DNA of 64,000 nt from Candidatus Omnitrophota bacterium. Its GTDB lineage: Bacteria; Omnitrophota; Gorgyraeia; Gygaellales; JAQTUX01. The position numbers were made by a program, and so were the translations under genes. Positions within the stretch are counted from its first letter, which is position 1. The number at the start of each line of letters is the position of its first letter. The stretch lies in contig JAQTUX010000002.1 of assembly GCA_028707125.1 (NCBI GenBank), forward strand, positions 208,355 to 272,354, given 5' to 3'. Under the pieces are notes generated by a model that had not been told where the DNA came from, did not search any database, and was given only the letters and a program-made list of their open reading frames with translations. Positions 1-9,590 of this stretch are shown piece after piece.

Positions 1-2068
1 GTTCGGCAAATTCCTTTGTATGCGTGCTGGCAAATTGGTAACGCTCATAAACGCTGAATTTCCATTTCGGGTTTATTCTATGGGTAAATTGGGTGGTTAA
101 CTCCTTTGACCCTTTTCTCTGATAACGATGCCCTATACCAAAAGAAGTATATTTGCTTACCTTCGCGTAAAGGTCTAAATTCGCGTTTTCAAATTCGTCG
201 GATATATGGTCAAAGGTAGTGTCCGCCTCAAAGCGCAGCCAGCTGTAAGGGATAACCTCCAGGTCAAAAAGGAAGTCGGAAAATTTGCTCCCCGCGCCGG
301 TTGAGGGATGATAGTCGTAGGATGAACTGACCTCTATTGTAGCCAGGTCCACCGACTTTTCTTTATTCTTTTCCCCTCTCTTGGTCTGCAGTTTATTGGT
401 TAATCCGATAGAAATGCTGTTTCCCCCCGCTATTGAGTCGATGCCGTCAAACGAACGCAATTTTTCTGAAGAGATCGTGGGGTCATGCGTATACGCGTAA
501 GAGGCGGTGGGGGTTATTACGTGCCTGAGCCTGTTGATATCAAGGCCAAAGGCATTAGTATTGACCTCAAATATCCTGAAAAACTTCGTGCTTAGATCGC
601 CTCCGGCGGAAAATACGGTGCGGGGAGAGATATCCTCTTCGTCATCACGGGTCCTGCTATAATAGGTCTGCTGCGAAGAAACAAAGGGCTTAAACTCAAG
701 AAACGCTACTTTGCTCGGCATGGAAAACCTGTTGAACTCATCTAATCTATTAACGGTATAATCCACATCGGAAGGCGCCGCGTCTTTGCTGTTTAAACTG
801 GAAAATGTGGACCTGTTATTAAAGAGGAGCGGGGTTGACCCTATCTTGTGCTCCGTGCTCTGAAAGGCAATCTCCGGAAGCTGCTCTGTCATTGATTGAA
901 AACGATTCACCCGGCTCTTTATCAGGAAACTTAACGTGCCGTTGGTCATACTACGCGTGCCTAAGAAGTACGTTTGCGGATTGGAATCCTTCTCATATTC
1001 CCTGTAGATATAATCCTTAATGATATTCGCGTCGCTTAATTTATGGTACTCAAACAATAAATTCGTATTGTCGTCCACTTCCCATTTATGCCGCCACTGT
1101 ACGCGGAAACGCTCGCTCTCTTTGGTCTTCCTCTTTTCGGCGTAATTCTTCTTATCCGGCCTTACAATGCGTTTTGTGGCGATACTGCGCTCACGCATAT
1201 AATATGTTGACAGATTTCCTTTGCCGAAAGGGGTATCGCCGTAATTGAGGTCCGGGCCCCAGGCAAGGTCTTTTCTTTCGCGATAATCAAGATGGAATCT
1301 TCCCTTTATGTTCTCGTTGACATAATACCTCCACGCGCTCAAGACAAAGATCCCCCAGTCCTTTGACATACCCGGGGTCACCGTAACGCGCGGCCTTTTA
1401 TCGTCAAGCCAATGAAGATAGCGCGGCATATACATAAGGGTCCGCTCGCCTACCTTCATCCTGATCTTCTGAAGCCGCATCCTGTCTTTGGGATAGAAGT
1501 CCACCTTATCGGCGGTGACCCTGTAATGCGGCTGGTCAAAACTGCAGGAGGTCATATATCCGTTGTCTACTATAAAATGATTCTCCGAAGCCCTCTGTAT
1601 CTCCTGGCCCTTGCCGAACATAAAATCGGATTTTATCCTGGCGGAAAGCATAGTCCCCATCATTGAGTCAAAATTATATATTACTACCGAGCTCTTTATC
1701 ACGCTATCTGTGCTCTTATCCGTTATTGTCACGTTGCCGTCGGCTATGCAGTCATTTGTCATTCTATTTACCATCAAATTATCGCAGGTGAGCACCGTAT
1801 TCTTATAGATCGCGACGACATTCCCCTTTGCTTTTATCTCCGAGCTTGCCGCCTGATATTCAATCATATCCGCGTTAACTTCAACCGCCTCTTTTTCGAC
1901 CTGGGCGGGCTGCGTTTCTTTTGCCGCGGATGCGGCTTCCGCGCCCTGTCCTTGCGCGGCCTCCGGCTGCGCGGCCTCTGTTTCAGCGGCGCGTATACCG
2001 CGGAGTAAAACAAAAGGCGAAACAAGGCACAATATGATTAACGGGTAACTAAACTTTGGCAAGCTCAT
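1..2068 (-). CDS. LptD/OstA-like LPS-assembly outer membrane protein, partial (C-terminus lies beyond the window start)
   Basis: I translated the minus strand by hand. It gives one continuous ORF of more than 680 codons running off the window edge. The N-terminus is a signal peptide (MSLPKFSYPLIILCLVSPFVLLRG...). An OstA-like N-terminal domain follows (IEYQAASSEIKAKGNVVAIYKNTVLTCDNLM...DGNVTITD), then a long beta-rich region. This ORF is not in the supplied track because no stop falls inside the window. Its start overlaps the ROK gene stop by about 20 nt. Confidence 0.55.
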   Translation of the reverse strand, partial: MSLPKFSYPLIILCLVSPFVLLRGIRAAETEAAQPEAAQGQGAEAASAAKETQPAQVEKEAVEVNADMIEYQAASSEIKAKGNVVAIYKNTVLTCDNLMVNRMTNDCIADGNVTITDKSTDSVIKSSVVIYNFDSMMGTMLSARIKSDFMFGKGQEIQRASENHFIVDNGYMTSCSFDQPHYRVTADKVDFYPKDRMRLQKIRMKVGERTLMYMPRYLHWLDDKRPRVTVTPGMSKDWGIFVLSAWRYYVNENIKGRFHLDYRERKDLAWGPDLNYGDTPFGKGNLSTYYMRERSIATKRIVRPDKKNYAEKRKTKESERFRVQWRHKWEVDDNTNLLFEYHKLSDANIIKDYIYREYEKDSNPQTYFLGTRSMTNGTLSFLIKSRVNRFQSMTEQLPEIAFQSTEHKIGSTPLLFNNRSTFSSLNSKDAAPSDVDYTVNRLDEFNRFSMPSKVAFLEFKPFVSSQQTYYSRTRDDEEDISPRTVFSAGGDLSTKFFRIFEVNTNAFGLDINRLRHVITPTASYAYTHDPTISSEKLRSFDGIDSIAGGNSISIGLTNKLQTKRGEKNKEKSVDLATIEVSSSYDYHPSTGAGSKFSDFLFDLEVIPYSWLRFEADTTFDHISDEFENANLDLYAKVSKYTSFGIGHRYQRKGSKELTTQFTHRINPKWKFSVYERYQFASTHTKEFAE

Positions 2069-2978
2069 CTTTGACTAATAGTGCGGCGCCTTTAAGGCCG
2101 GCATCGCTGCCTAATTCGGCCCTGACCACCCTTACCGCCTTTGCCGAATCAGGCATTGCCCTTTCCGCGATGATCCTTCTTACCTGCTTGAACAAAACCT
2201 CTCCCGCCTCTGCTACACCGCCGCCTATGACAATTGTGTCCGGATTAAGAAGGTTTACCGCGCTGCTGAGAGCAACGCCCAGATATTCTCCGATACCGCG
2301 CCAGACCCTGATCGCTTTTTTGTCGCCCTTCCTCCCCAGGACACTCAATTCCTCAAGGGAGACCTGCCTGCCAAAGGCCTTTCTGGCATACAGGGCTATA
2401 TACCTGTTGCCTACGTAGCGCTCAAGGCAGGCCCTGCCGCCGCAGTTGCATCTGGGCCCGTCTAAATTCAGCGGCATATGGCCGATCTCTCCCGCCAGGT
2501 AACTGCTGCCCCTGTAAAGCCTGCCGCCTATCAGGATCCCGCCGCCAACGCCCGTGCCTAATGTAATACATAAGGCGTTCCTTGCGGAAGCAGCGGCGCC
2601 AAACCGGCCTTCAGCAAGACACATCAAATTCACGTCATTATCTATGATCACCGGCAGCCCTGTCTTCCTGCTGAGTAATTTCGCGAGAGGGACATCTTTC
2701 CACCCGGGTATGTTAGGGAAAAAATGCACCACTCCCTTTTCGTAATCGACTGGCCCGGGCACCCCCAGCCCCACACCCAAAAGAGAACCCTTTGATAATC
2801 CGCTCTTTGATATAAAACTGTTAATGGTTTCAATTATTATATTTATCAACCTGGCCTTGCTGCGGTATCTGGAAGTAGAATAGACGGTCTTTACCAGCAG
2901 TTTGAGGCGTTCATCAAAAAGCGCCGACTTTAAATTGGTGCCGCCAAGGTCAACCGAAAAGATGAATTTCTTAGGCAT
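2049..2978 (-). CDS. ROK family sugar kinase (glucokinase-like)
   Basis: DLGGTN N-terminal ATPase motif, the ROK zinc motif GHMPLNLDGPRCNCGGRGCLE, and a 309-aa length typical of GlcK. Confidence 0.8.
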   Translation of the reverse strand: MPKKFIFSVDLGGTNLKSALFDERLKLLVKTVYSTSRYRSKARLINIIIETINSFISKSGLSKGSLLGVGLGVPGPVDYEKGVVHFFPNIPGWKDVPLAKLLSRKTGLPVIIDNDVNLMCLAEGRFGAAASARNALCITLGTGVGGGILIGGRLYRGSSYLAGEIGHMPLNLDGPRCNCGGRACLERYVGNRYIALYARKAFGRQVSLEELSVLGRKGDKKAIRVWRGIGEYLGVALSSAVNLLNPDTIVIGGGVAEAGEVLFKQVRRIIAERAMPDSAKAVRVVRAELGSDAGLKGAALLVKDELAKV

Positions 2979-3021
2979 CCTAACTTTATATTTTAAGATA
3001 AAACCCCAATATTTTCAAGAG

Positions 3022-4029
3022 TTATCGTTGATCCTGCCCGAATATGCGGACTATGTTCCTGCCGGACCTCTTGGCGTCATACAAGGCAGAATCAGCCCTG
3101 TCTATCAGATCATGGAGATTATCCGCGTCCTCCGGAAATATGCTGGCGCCTATACTTATGGTGATCTTGAGCTTTTCATCGTAGGCCTTGAATGCCGTGG
3201 ACTCAACGGCCTTTCTTATACGTTCTGAGACCATCCTTGTCTTTTCGGTAGCGGTCTCCGTAAGCATGATCACAAACTCCTCGCCTCCGAACCTGCCTAT
3301 AAGGTCTACCTGACGAAGGTTATCCTTTATGATCCTGGCGCATTCTTTCAGGGCCGCGTCTCCGGCCAGGTGCCCGTAAGTATCGTTTATCTGTTTAAAA
3401 TTATCCAGGTCGGCCATAAGCAGGGAAAAACTCAGTTGAAATTTCTTTGAACGCGACAACTCGCCCTCCATCCTCTCCAGCGCGTACCTTCTGCTGAATA
3501 TACCGCAAAGCGCGTCGGTGATCGCCAGCCGCTGGACCTCTTCGTAAAGGTAGGCGCGCCTCAAGCCCAGGACCAGCTGATTTTTAAGGATAGAGCAGGC
3601 CTCCCTGCTTTTCGGGTCCATGCCGCTTACAACCAGCGCCTGTTTCTCCGTACCCAACTCAAGCTCAAACACCTCATGGGCCTGAGGGTATTTTTCAGGC
3701 GAATATTCTTTGACAAACTCGCAAGCGCCGTAATCAACATGCCTCTTCAACAGCTCTTTAAATGTATCCTGGACCTCCTGCGGCTTAAGGGACTTATTTA
3801 TCTCCCTGGCCAGGTCATAAAGAGCTATTATGGAGGAAAGCCGTTCCTCCTGACGCGCGCTGTCCCGCTTGAGCTCTTCTATGCTGGATCCTGTCTCATC
3901 GCAGGATACCCGCAGATCATTTATCTCGCTTTTGATCTTAATGCCGCGCGACTGCCGGTATCTCCGGAATAATATTACCAGCCACGCTCCGGACAGCGAT
4001 ACTATTAACAGCAATATAAAGTTACGCAC
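3022..4029 (-). CDS. GGDEF-domain diguanylate cyclase, membrane-anchored
   Basis: N-terminal TM helix and coiled coil. C-terminal GGDEF domain carries an intact RFGGEEF active-site motif. Confidence 0.8.
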   Translation of the reverse strand: MRNFILLLIVSLSGAWLVILFRRYRQSRGIKIKSEINDLRVSCDETGSSIEELKRDSARQEERLSSIIALYDLAREINKSLKPQEVQDTFKELLKRHVDYGACEFVKEYSPEKYPQAHEVFELELGTEKQALVVSGMDPKSREACSILKNQLVLGLRRAYLYEEVQRLAITDALCGIFSRRYALERMEGELSRSKKFQLSFSLLMADLDNFKQINDTYGHLAGDAALKECARIIKDNLRQVDLIGRFGGEEFVIMLTETATEKTRMVSERIRKAVESTAFKAYDEKLKITISIGASIFPEDADNLHDLIDRADSALYDAKRSGRNIVRIFGQDQR

Positions 4030-5338
4030 TACACACCCTGTCCCTGCCCTGTTCTTTTGCCCTGTAAAGGGCGCGGTCAGCGGCCTCTATTATGCCTTCC
4101 ACGCTTTCCGCGTCGTCGGGAAAACAAGCCACGCCCGCGGACACCCTTACTCTCGTAGGTACCCTTCTTAAGATTACCTCCTCTGAAGATATCTTTTCTC
4201 TCAGGCCTTCGGCAAATCTTACGGCTTCGTCTTTGGAGGAACCGGGCAAAACAACGGCGAATTCCTCCCCTCCAAAGCGCGATACGACCGCCTGGGTTTG
4301 TGGACAGGCGCTCAGAAGTATCTCGGACAGCCGCCTGAGGACTATATCGCCGGCTGTATGGCCGTACCTGTCGTTATATTCCTTGAAGTGATCTATATCC
4401 ATCATAAGAAAGGAGAAGGCGCTTTTTCCTCTCGCGGCCTTATCTACTTCCTCTTGCAGGCGCTCGGACAAATACCGCCTTAAGTAAAGCCCTGTAAGCC
4501 CGTCGCGCACCGCAAGCTGCAATGTCTGCTGATAAAACTGGGCGTCTTCGATCGCCACCGCCCCAAGGTCGGCTATCGCCTTTAACAGGCGCAGATCATC
4601 AAGAGAAAAAGCGCTTTCGGCCGCGCTGTCCATCCTCAATACGCCGACTACGTTGCTGTCGCTTATAAACGGAGCGGCAATAAGCGAGGTGACGCCGCGC
4701 CGTTCTTCCTGCCCCATGCCCTCTATGTCAAAACGGAAATCGTTATTTATGTCTTCCACTATAAGGGCGGAGGTATGCTTCAATACCCAGCGGTCAAAGA
4801 CGTCCCCTTTCTTGGCCTTTATAACTACGGCTGATTCCTTGCGCGAGGCAACCAATTCCAATTGCTGATTCCGTATATCCGTAAGGTACAAAAGACAATT
4901 TCCCCTGCCGCCGGTCATCCGGTAAGTGCTGTCCACAATAATGGAAATGACTTCATCGACATCCGTGCTGCCGCCTAACTTTTCAGCAAGCATCCTCAGC
5001 GATCCATAGCTTGCCACCCTGGAATAAAGCGATGTATTTACGGCTGTGAGGTTATTGAATTCAGAGGCCAGATAATTCTTCTTTTCCTGAAATTTCTCCA
5101 GCTCTACCTTAAGATGGCTGTCTTTATCGGATTCTCTTCTGTGGATGGTATAGCATAACGCGAGGAATGCCGCGTAGATCAAAAGAATATACGGCGAGAG
5201 GCCCGGTTTATTGTTCGCGGCACGCAGGGGATAGAAGAAAAAAAGGAAGGCCAGACTTACTGCCAGGATTACCCTTACGGCGCGGGGGGTTCTGCCGTAA
5301 AGCAGATCAACAAATGGTTTCTTCGGTATATTTATCAA
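4022..5338 (-). CDS. GAF-GGDEF diguanylate cyclase, membrane-anchored
   Basis: TM N-terminus, a central GAF-like region, and a C-terminal GGDEF domain with RFGGEEF. Overlaps the downstream diguanylate cyclase by 8 nt. Confidence 0.8.
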   Translation of the reverse strand: MINIPKKPFVDLLYGRTPRAVRVILAVSLAFLFFFYPLRAANNKPGLSPYILLIYAAFLALCYTIHRRESDKDSHLKVELEKFQEKKNYLASEFNNLTAVNTSLYSRVASYGSLRMLAEKLGGSTDVDEVISIIVDSTYRMTGGRGNCLLYLTDIRNQQLELVASRKESAVVIKAKKGDVFDRWVLKHTSALIVEDINNDFRFDIEGMGQEERRGVTSLIAAPFISDSNVVGVLRMDSAAESAFSLDDLRLLKAIADLGAVAIEDAQFYQQTLQLAVRDGLTGLYLRRYLSERLQEEVDKAARGKSAFSFLMMDIDHFKEYNDRYGHTAGDIVLRRLSEILLSACPQTQAVVSRFGGEEFAVVLPGSSKDEAVRFAEGLREKISSEEVILRRVPTRVRVSAGVACFPDDAESVEGIIEAADRALYRAKEQGRDRVCSA

Positions 5339-6410
5339 AAAAGTGCGCCTTGCTCATATCGAAAACCACATCCATATCCTGGTTGACCTTGGGGCGGTCA
5401 TGGGCGCCGACGCGCGCGATAAAGGTATGGACGCCGGTATTGAGGTAAAGGTATACCTCGGAGCCCATGGGTTCGACCACCTCGCAGTTCACCCTGACGA
5501 TATTCTCAGGTGCCGCCTCCGAAACGAACAACTTATCGTATATGTCTTCCGAACGTATGCCGAAAATCACCTGCTTGCCTGTATACGGCGTTAACTTCTT
5601 ATGCATATCCTCAACGAGTTTGACCTGAAGCTTTCCCTCGTCAAAATAGATCTTGCCGTCTTTCTGGATTATACGGCCGTTCATAAAATTCATGGGGGGA
5701 GAACCTATAAATCCCGCCACGAACTTATTCCTGGGGAAATCGTATATGGATACGGGGTCGTCTATCTGCTGTATTACCCCGTCCTTCATTACGGCTATCC
5801 TGTCGCCCATGGTCATCGCCTCAACCTGGTCGTGCGTGACATAGATCATGGTGGTCTGCAGGCGTATGTGCAGTTTATGGATCTCGGTGCGCATCTGCAC
5901 CCTCATTTTGGCGTCAAGATTGCTTAATGGTTCGTCAAAAAGAAAAACAAGGGGCTTCCTTACAATGGCCCTGCCCACGGCAACCCTCTGGCGCTCTCCG
6001 CCTGAGAGCTCCCTCGGCCGCCTGTCCAGAAGCTTCTTTATGCCGAGGATCTCCGCCGCGTCATTGACCCTCTGTTTTATCTCCTGCTTAGGGTAACGCT
6101 TCAGCCGCAGGCCGAAAGACATATTTTCAAAAACAGTCATATGGGGGTAGAGGGCGTAGTTCTGGAAAACCATAGCTATGTTCCTATCCTTGGCCGGCAT
6201 ATTATTGACTATCTTATCGCCGAGAAAGATATCCCCCTCTGTCGCCTCTTCAAGCCCCGCTATCATCCGCAAGATAGTTGATTTGCCGCACCCGGAGGGA
6301 CCGACCAGGATCATAAACTGCTTGTTGTCCACGCCCAGATTCACCTTGTCTACGGCAACTATGTTCCCCGGATAGACCTTGGTCAGATTTCTTAAGCTTA
6401 CCTGCGCCAT
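5307..6410 (-). CDS. ABC transporter ATP-binding protein, MalK/UgpC family (with C-terminal TOBE-like domain)
   Basis: Walker A GPSGCGKST, ABC signature LSGGERQRVA, Walker B FLFDEPLSNLD. Its 367-aa length and C-terminal extension match sugar-importer ATPases. Confidence 0.85.
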   Translation of the reverse strand: MAQVSLRNLTKVYPGNIVAVDKVNLGVDNKQFMILVGPSGCGKSTILRMIAGLEEATEGDIFLGDKIVNNMPAKDRNIAMVFQNYALYPHMTVFENMSFGLRLKRYPKQEIKQRVNDAAEILGIKKLLDRRPRELSGGERQRVAVGRAIVRKPLVFLFDEPLSNLDAKMRVQMRTEIHKLHIRLQTTMIYVTHDQVEAMTMGDRIAVMKDGVIQQIDDPVSIYDFPRNKFVAGFIGSPPMNFMNGRIIQKDGKIYFDEGKLQVKLVEDMHKKLTPYTGKQVIFGIRSEDIYDKLFVSEAAPENIVRVNCEVVEPMGSEVYLYLNTGVHTFIARVGAHDRPKVNQDMDVVFDMSKAHFFDKYTEETIC

Positions 6411-6411
6411 A

Positions 6412-7251
6412 TCAACTTAAATAATCTATCAGCCGAGAGACCGTGTCCTTAAGGTTCTTCCTGTGCACGATCATATCTATAAGCCCGTGTTCAAGAAGGA
6501 ACTCGGAGCGCTGGAAACCCTCGGGGAGCTTCTGGCGTATTGTCTGTTCTATCACGCGCGGCCCGGTAAAACCTATCAGCGCCTTCGGCTCAGCCATTAT
6601 GCAATCGCCTATACCGGCAAAAGACGCCATGATCCCCGCCATGGTCGGGTCGGTGAGCAAAGATATATAAAGCAGCCCCGCCTTATTGTGCCGGGCAAGG
6701 GCGGCCGTTGTCTTTGCCATCTGCATAAGCGAATACATCCCTTCATACATACGGGCTCCTCCGCCTGAACCGGACACGATCAACATGGGCAGCTTCATCT
6801 GCGTCGCCCTTTCTATGGCGCGGGTTATTTTCTCGCCTACGACAGAACCCATGGAGCCCATTATAAAACGCGAATCGGTCACCGCGATCACGGCAGGCCT
6901 GTCATTGATCCTGCCCTCGCCCGTAACCACGGCCTCTTTCAAGCCCGTCGCCTGGACATCCTGCTCCAGCTTATCTTTATATGTCTTGGGCCCCTTAAAA
7001 TCCAGGGGGTCTTGCGAGACCATATCCCTGTCGCATTCTTTGAAAGACCCCGCGTCTAAGATCTGTTCAATACGTTCGTAGGCGCCCAGCTGAAAATGAT
7101 AGCCGCATTTGGGGCAGACCATCAGATTCTCCTTCAATTCCTTATTATATATGGCCTGCTGGCACTCCTCGCACTTGGTCCATAACCCGTCGGGAATACC
7201 CTTCTTTTTGAATCTTACTATGGTATATTTCGGTTTACCGAATAGAGCCAT
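6412..7251 (-). CDS. accD: acetyl-CoA carboxylase carboxyltransferase subunit beta
   Basis: N-terminal Cys4 zinc ribbon (CEECQQ...CPKCGYH) followed by a carboxyltransferase domain. Confidence 0.85.
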   Translation of the reverse strand: MALFGKPKYTIVRFKKKGIPDGLWTKCEECQQAIYNKELKENLMVCPKCGYHFQLGAYERIEQILDAGSFKECDRDMVSQDPLDFKGPKTYKDKLEQDVQATGLKEAVVTGEGRINDRPAVIAVTDSRFIMGSMGSVVGEKITRAIERATQMKLPMLIVSGSGGGARMYEGMYSLMQMAKTTAALARHNKAGLLYISLLTDPTMAGIMASFAGIGDCIMAEPKALIGFTGPRVIEQTIRQKLPEGFQRSEFLLEHGLIDMIVHRKNLKDTVSRLIDYLS

Positions 7252-7253
7252 GC

Positions 7254-8531
7254 CTAATCGAATTTATGGATAGTCAACCCGGTCAGGATCTTCGGATAGA
7301 AGAAGGTTGACTTAGGGGGCATCTTCTCCAGTTTTGACGCCACCTTTAATAACTGATTTATCTTAATGGGATTCAGGATAAAAACCAATTCCGCGTCATC
7401 CCTGTCCACGGCGTTTATCGCCTCATCCGCGCTATGCATATAAGATATCTTATCGTAATCTGTAAATTCAATGCCCAGCGCCCCCTTCAATATCAGGTAA
7501 TTAAATACGGTGACGTCCAGGCCCTTGAATTCCTTCGGTTTATCGATCTCAATTATTCTATCTAAAATAACCCCGTCCTTCAAGCGAATATAGGAGAATT
7601 TATTCTTTCTATACAGCACAAACGCGCAGCAATTATCGCGTGATCTTCTAAGGAGCGAGAACGCCGACTGCCTGCTCACGCCGGACTCTATATCAAAGTA
7701 ACGCGAAAGCGCCCCCTCCAGACCGGAAACGGTATTCCTGTCCAGGCCCCTGATAAGCCGGTGAATAGGCAGTATAACCAGCCCGTCTGAATCAGCGGCG
7801 GTAAAATAAGACATTATATAATTAACGGGGGCATCGTCTCCCAGCCCCGGGTCGGCCTTCTTTTGTTCCATCAGATAGTTACATGCCACCTCAAAGCGAT
7901 GGTGGCCATCGGCAATAAACACCGGCTTCTTTCTCATCTTTCTGGTTACAAGACCGATCGATTCCTTATCCTCAAGCCGCCAGAGTTGGCTCTCTATGCC
8001 CTCTCTGTCTTTGATCTTCAAAAGCGGCTTGCCCTTTCTAACGCATTTATTAAATACCCGCTCTATGATCTTTTCCTTGTCCTTGAACAGGATAAATATG
8101 GGGCTTAAGTTCGCCCGCACCTTTCTCAGCAGCTGAAGGCGGTCCTCCTTCGGGGCGAGATTTGTGTGCTCGTGCGGCAGTATGCCCCGTTCCTGCGAAA
8201 GCTTGAGCAGCGCGATAAAACCGACGCGCATTACCTTCCTGCCCTCAAACAAAAATGTCTGCCTTAAAAAGTATATCCCTTCGGAATCGTCCTTGAGGAG
8301 CACCCGGCCCCTTAACCATTCGCTGAATTGTCCGGCGGCGGCGGAATATTTATCTCCGGCAGCGTTGTCCCCGGGGAGGATAAGATTTATTATATTATAT
8401 TGGCTTTGGCCACGGTAGGTATCGGTGTCCTCCGGGCCGATAACATCGTAAGGCGGGCAGACGACCGTGGCGGCGTCTTTTACCTTAGATCGATTATAAC
8501 GGACAGCGCTAAAGGGCTTTACGTCGGCCAT
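7254..8531 (-). CDS. DUF1015 family protein
   Basis: N-terminus M-x-x-V-K-P-F-x-A-V-RYN and a length near 425 aa are typical of DUF1015. Abuts the radical SAM gene upstream with a 0-nt gap. Confidence 0.5.
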   Translation of the reverse strand: MADVKPFSAVRYNRSKVKDAATVVCPPYDVIGPEDTDTYRGQSQYNIINLILPGDNAAGDKYSAAAGQFSEWLRGRVLLKDDSEGIYFLRQTFLFEGRKVMRVGFIALLKLSQERGILPHEHTNLAPKEDRLQLLRKVRANLSPIFILFKDKEKIIERVFNKCVRKGKPLLKIKDREGIESQLWRLEDKESIGLVTRKMRKKPVFIADGHHRFEVACNYLMEQKKADPGLGDDAPVNYIMSYFTAADSDGLVILPIHRLIRGLDRNTVSGLEGALSRYFDIESGVSRQSAFSLLRRSRDNCCAFVLYRKNKFSYIRLKDGVILDRIIEIDKPKEFKGLDVTVFNYLILKGALGIEFTDYDKISYMHSADEAINAVDRDDAELVFILNPIKINQLLKVASKLEKMPPKSTFFYPKILTGLTIHKFD

Positions 8532-9590
8532 CTAAAGAAAGTTCTTATGTTCTCTGGGTTGAGATATATTCCATAATATCTGATTAAAGGTGTTATCGCG
8601 GCAAAGCGGGATACAATCGGCAAAATCAATGCGCCCCACCGCCTTCATCCTTTGCTCCGAATTCCAGATATCCTTGAAGGCGCTCTTGTTCAGGTCGCCT
8701 ATGCAATATTTCCGGTTTCCCCTCATATGGCAGCACAGGTACATTTTGCCGTCCGCGCCCACTACGGTCGCGAATTGGTGGCCGAAGCACCTGCCGTAAT
8801 TGCGGCCGTAATCCTTATGTTTCATCATCTCGTATTTATGCCGGGAAAATAAAACGCTGAAATCTTCACAGTCCTCTTTGAGCGCCTCATTCAGCTCTTT
8901 TTCTATGTCCAGCAGATCGTAGTAAAACCTGCCGTTATTATGGATCTGCATCGGCCGGAATTGAAGATAGTCCACGCCTATCTCTTTAAACAATTCCGCG
9001 GCCCTGCGCATGTCCTTTCTGGTGTACCTGCTGGTAAGAAAGCCCACGCCGACCGTGACAGAGGCGGCAAATTGCCGTTTTTTCTCTACCAGCATTCTTA
9101 TCTTCTTCAGCAGCTTGTTAAAGGCCTCCCTGCCGGACCCGTGCGTCTTTTTATACACGGAGGCGCTCGCGGCATCAACCGACACGCGTATCCAGAGGCA
9201 ATTCTGTATTAAGATCTCGGCTATGCGCTCTGTTATCAGGGCGCCGTTTGTTATAAAGCCGACATCCATGCCCAGCTTCCTGGACAACACTACCATGGCG
9301 GCTGTCTTCGGGTTGCATAACGGCTCTCCTCCGCCGGTAAATATCAGGCCTCTCACCGCCGCTTTTGCAAGCTGCCTCAATATCTTCTTTGCCAGCCCTT
9401 CAGGAAGTAAGTCGTTTTTGCTGTCCCGGAAATACATTCCGCTGCATTGCGGGCATCTATGGTTGCATATGTTGGACATATCAAATTCAACTGTAATAGG
9501 AGGGGGGTTCTCCCCTCTCGTCCAGGCGGACACCCTGTCCAGATGTTTCAATATCTTATCGGAACTGAATTGTTTTACGTCAAAATTCAT
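8532..9590 (-). CDS. radical SAM/SPASM-domain protein (paralog 1 of 3)
   Basis: CNHRCPQC CX3CX2C motif about 40 aa from the N-terminus, a GGGEP SAM motif, and a C-terminal Cys-rich SPASM-like region (...C...GDL...FKDIW...C..LC). Clearly paralogous to the ORFs at 55495-56625 and 59401-60465. Confidence 0.75.
   Translation of the reverse strand: MNFDVKQFSSDKILKHLDRVSAWTRGENPPPITVEFDMSNICNHRCPQCSGMYFRDSKNDLLPEGLAKKILRQLAKAAVRGLIFTGGGEPLCNPKTAAMVVLSRKLGMDVGFITNGALITERIAEILIQNCLWIRVSVDAASASVYKKTHGSGREAFNKLLKKIRMLVEKKRQFAASVTVGVGFLTSRYTRKDMRRAAELFKEIGVDYLQFRPMQIHNNGRFYYDLLDIEKELNEALKEDCEDFSVLFSRHKYEMMKHKDYGRNYGRCFGHQFATVVGADGKMYLCCHMRGNRKYCIGDLNKSAFKDIWNSEQRMKAVGRIDFADCIPLCRDNTFNQILWNISQPREHKNFL

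Noticed and set aside
835-1808. Small plus-strand ORFs at 835-1020, 1412-1666 and 1611-1808
   Set aside because: They fall inside the hand-translated minus-strand LptD-like ORF, which has a clear signal peptide and OstA-like domain.
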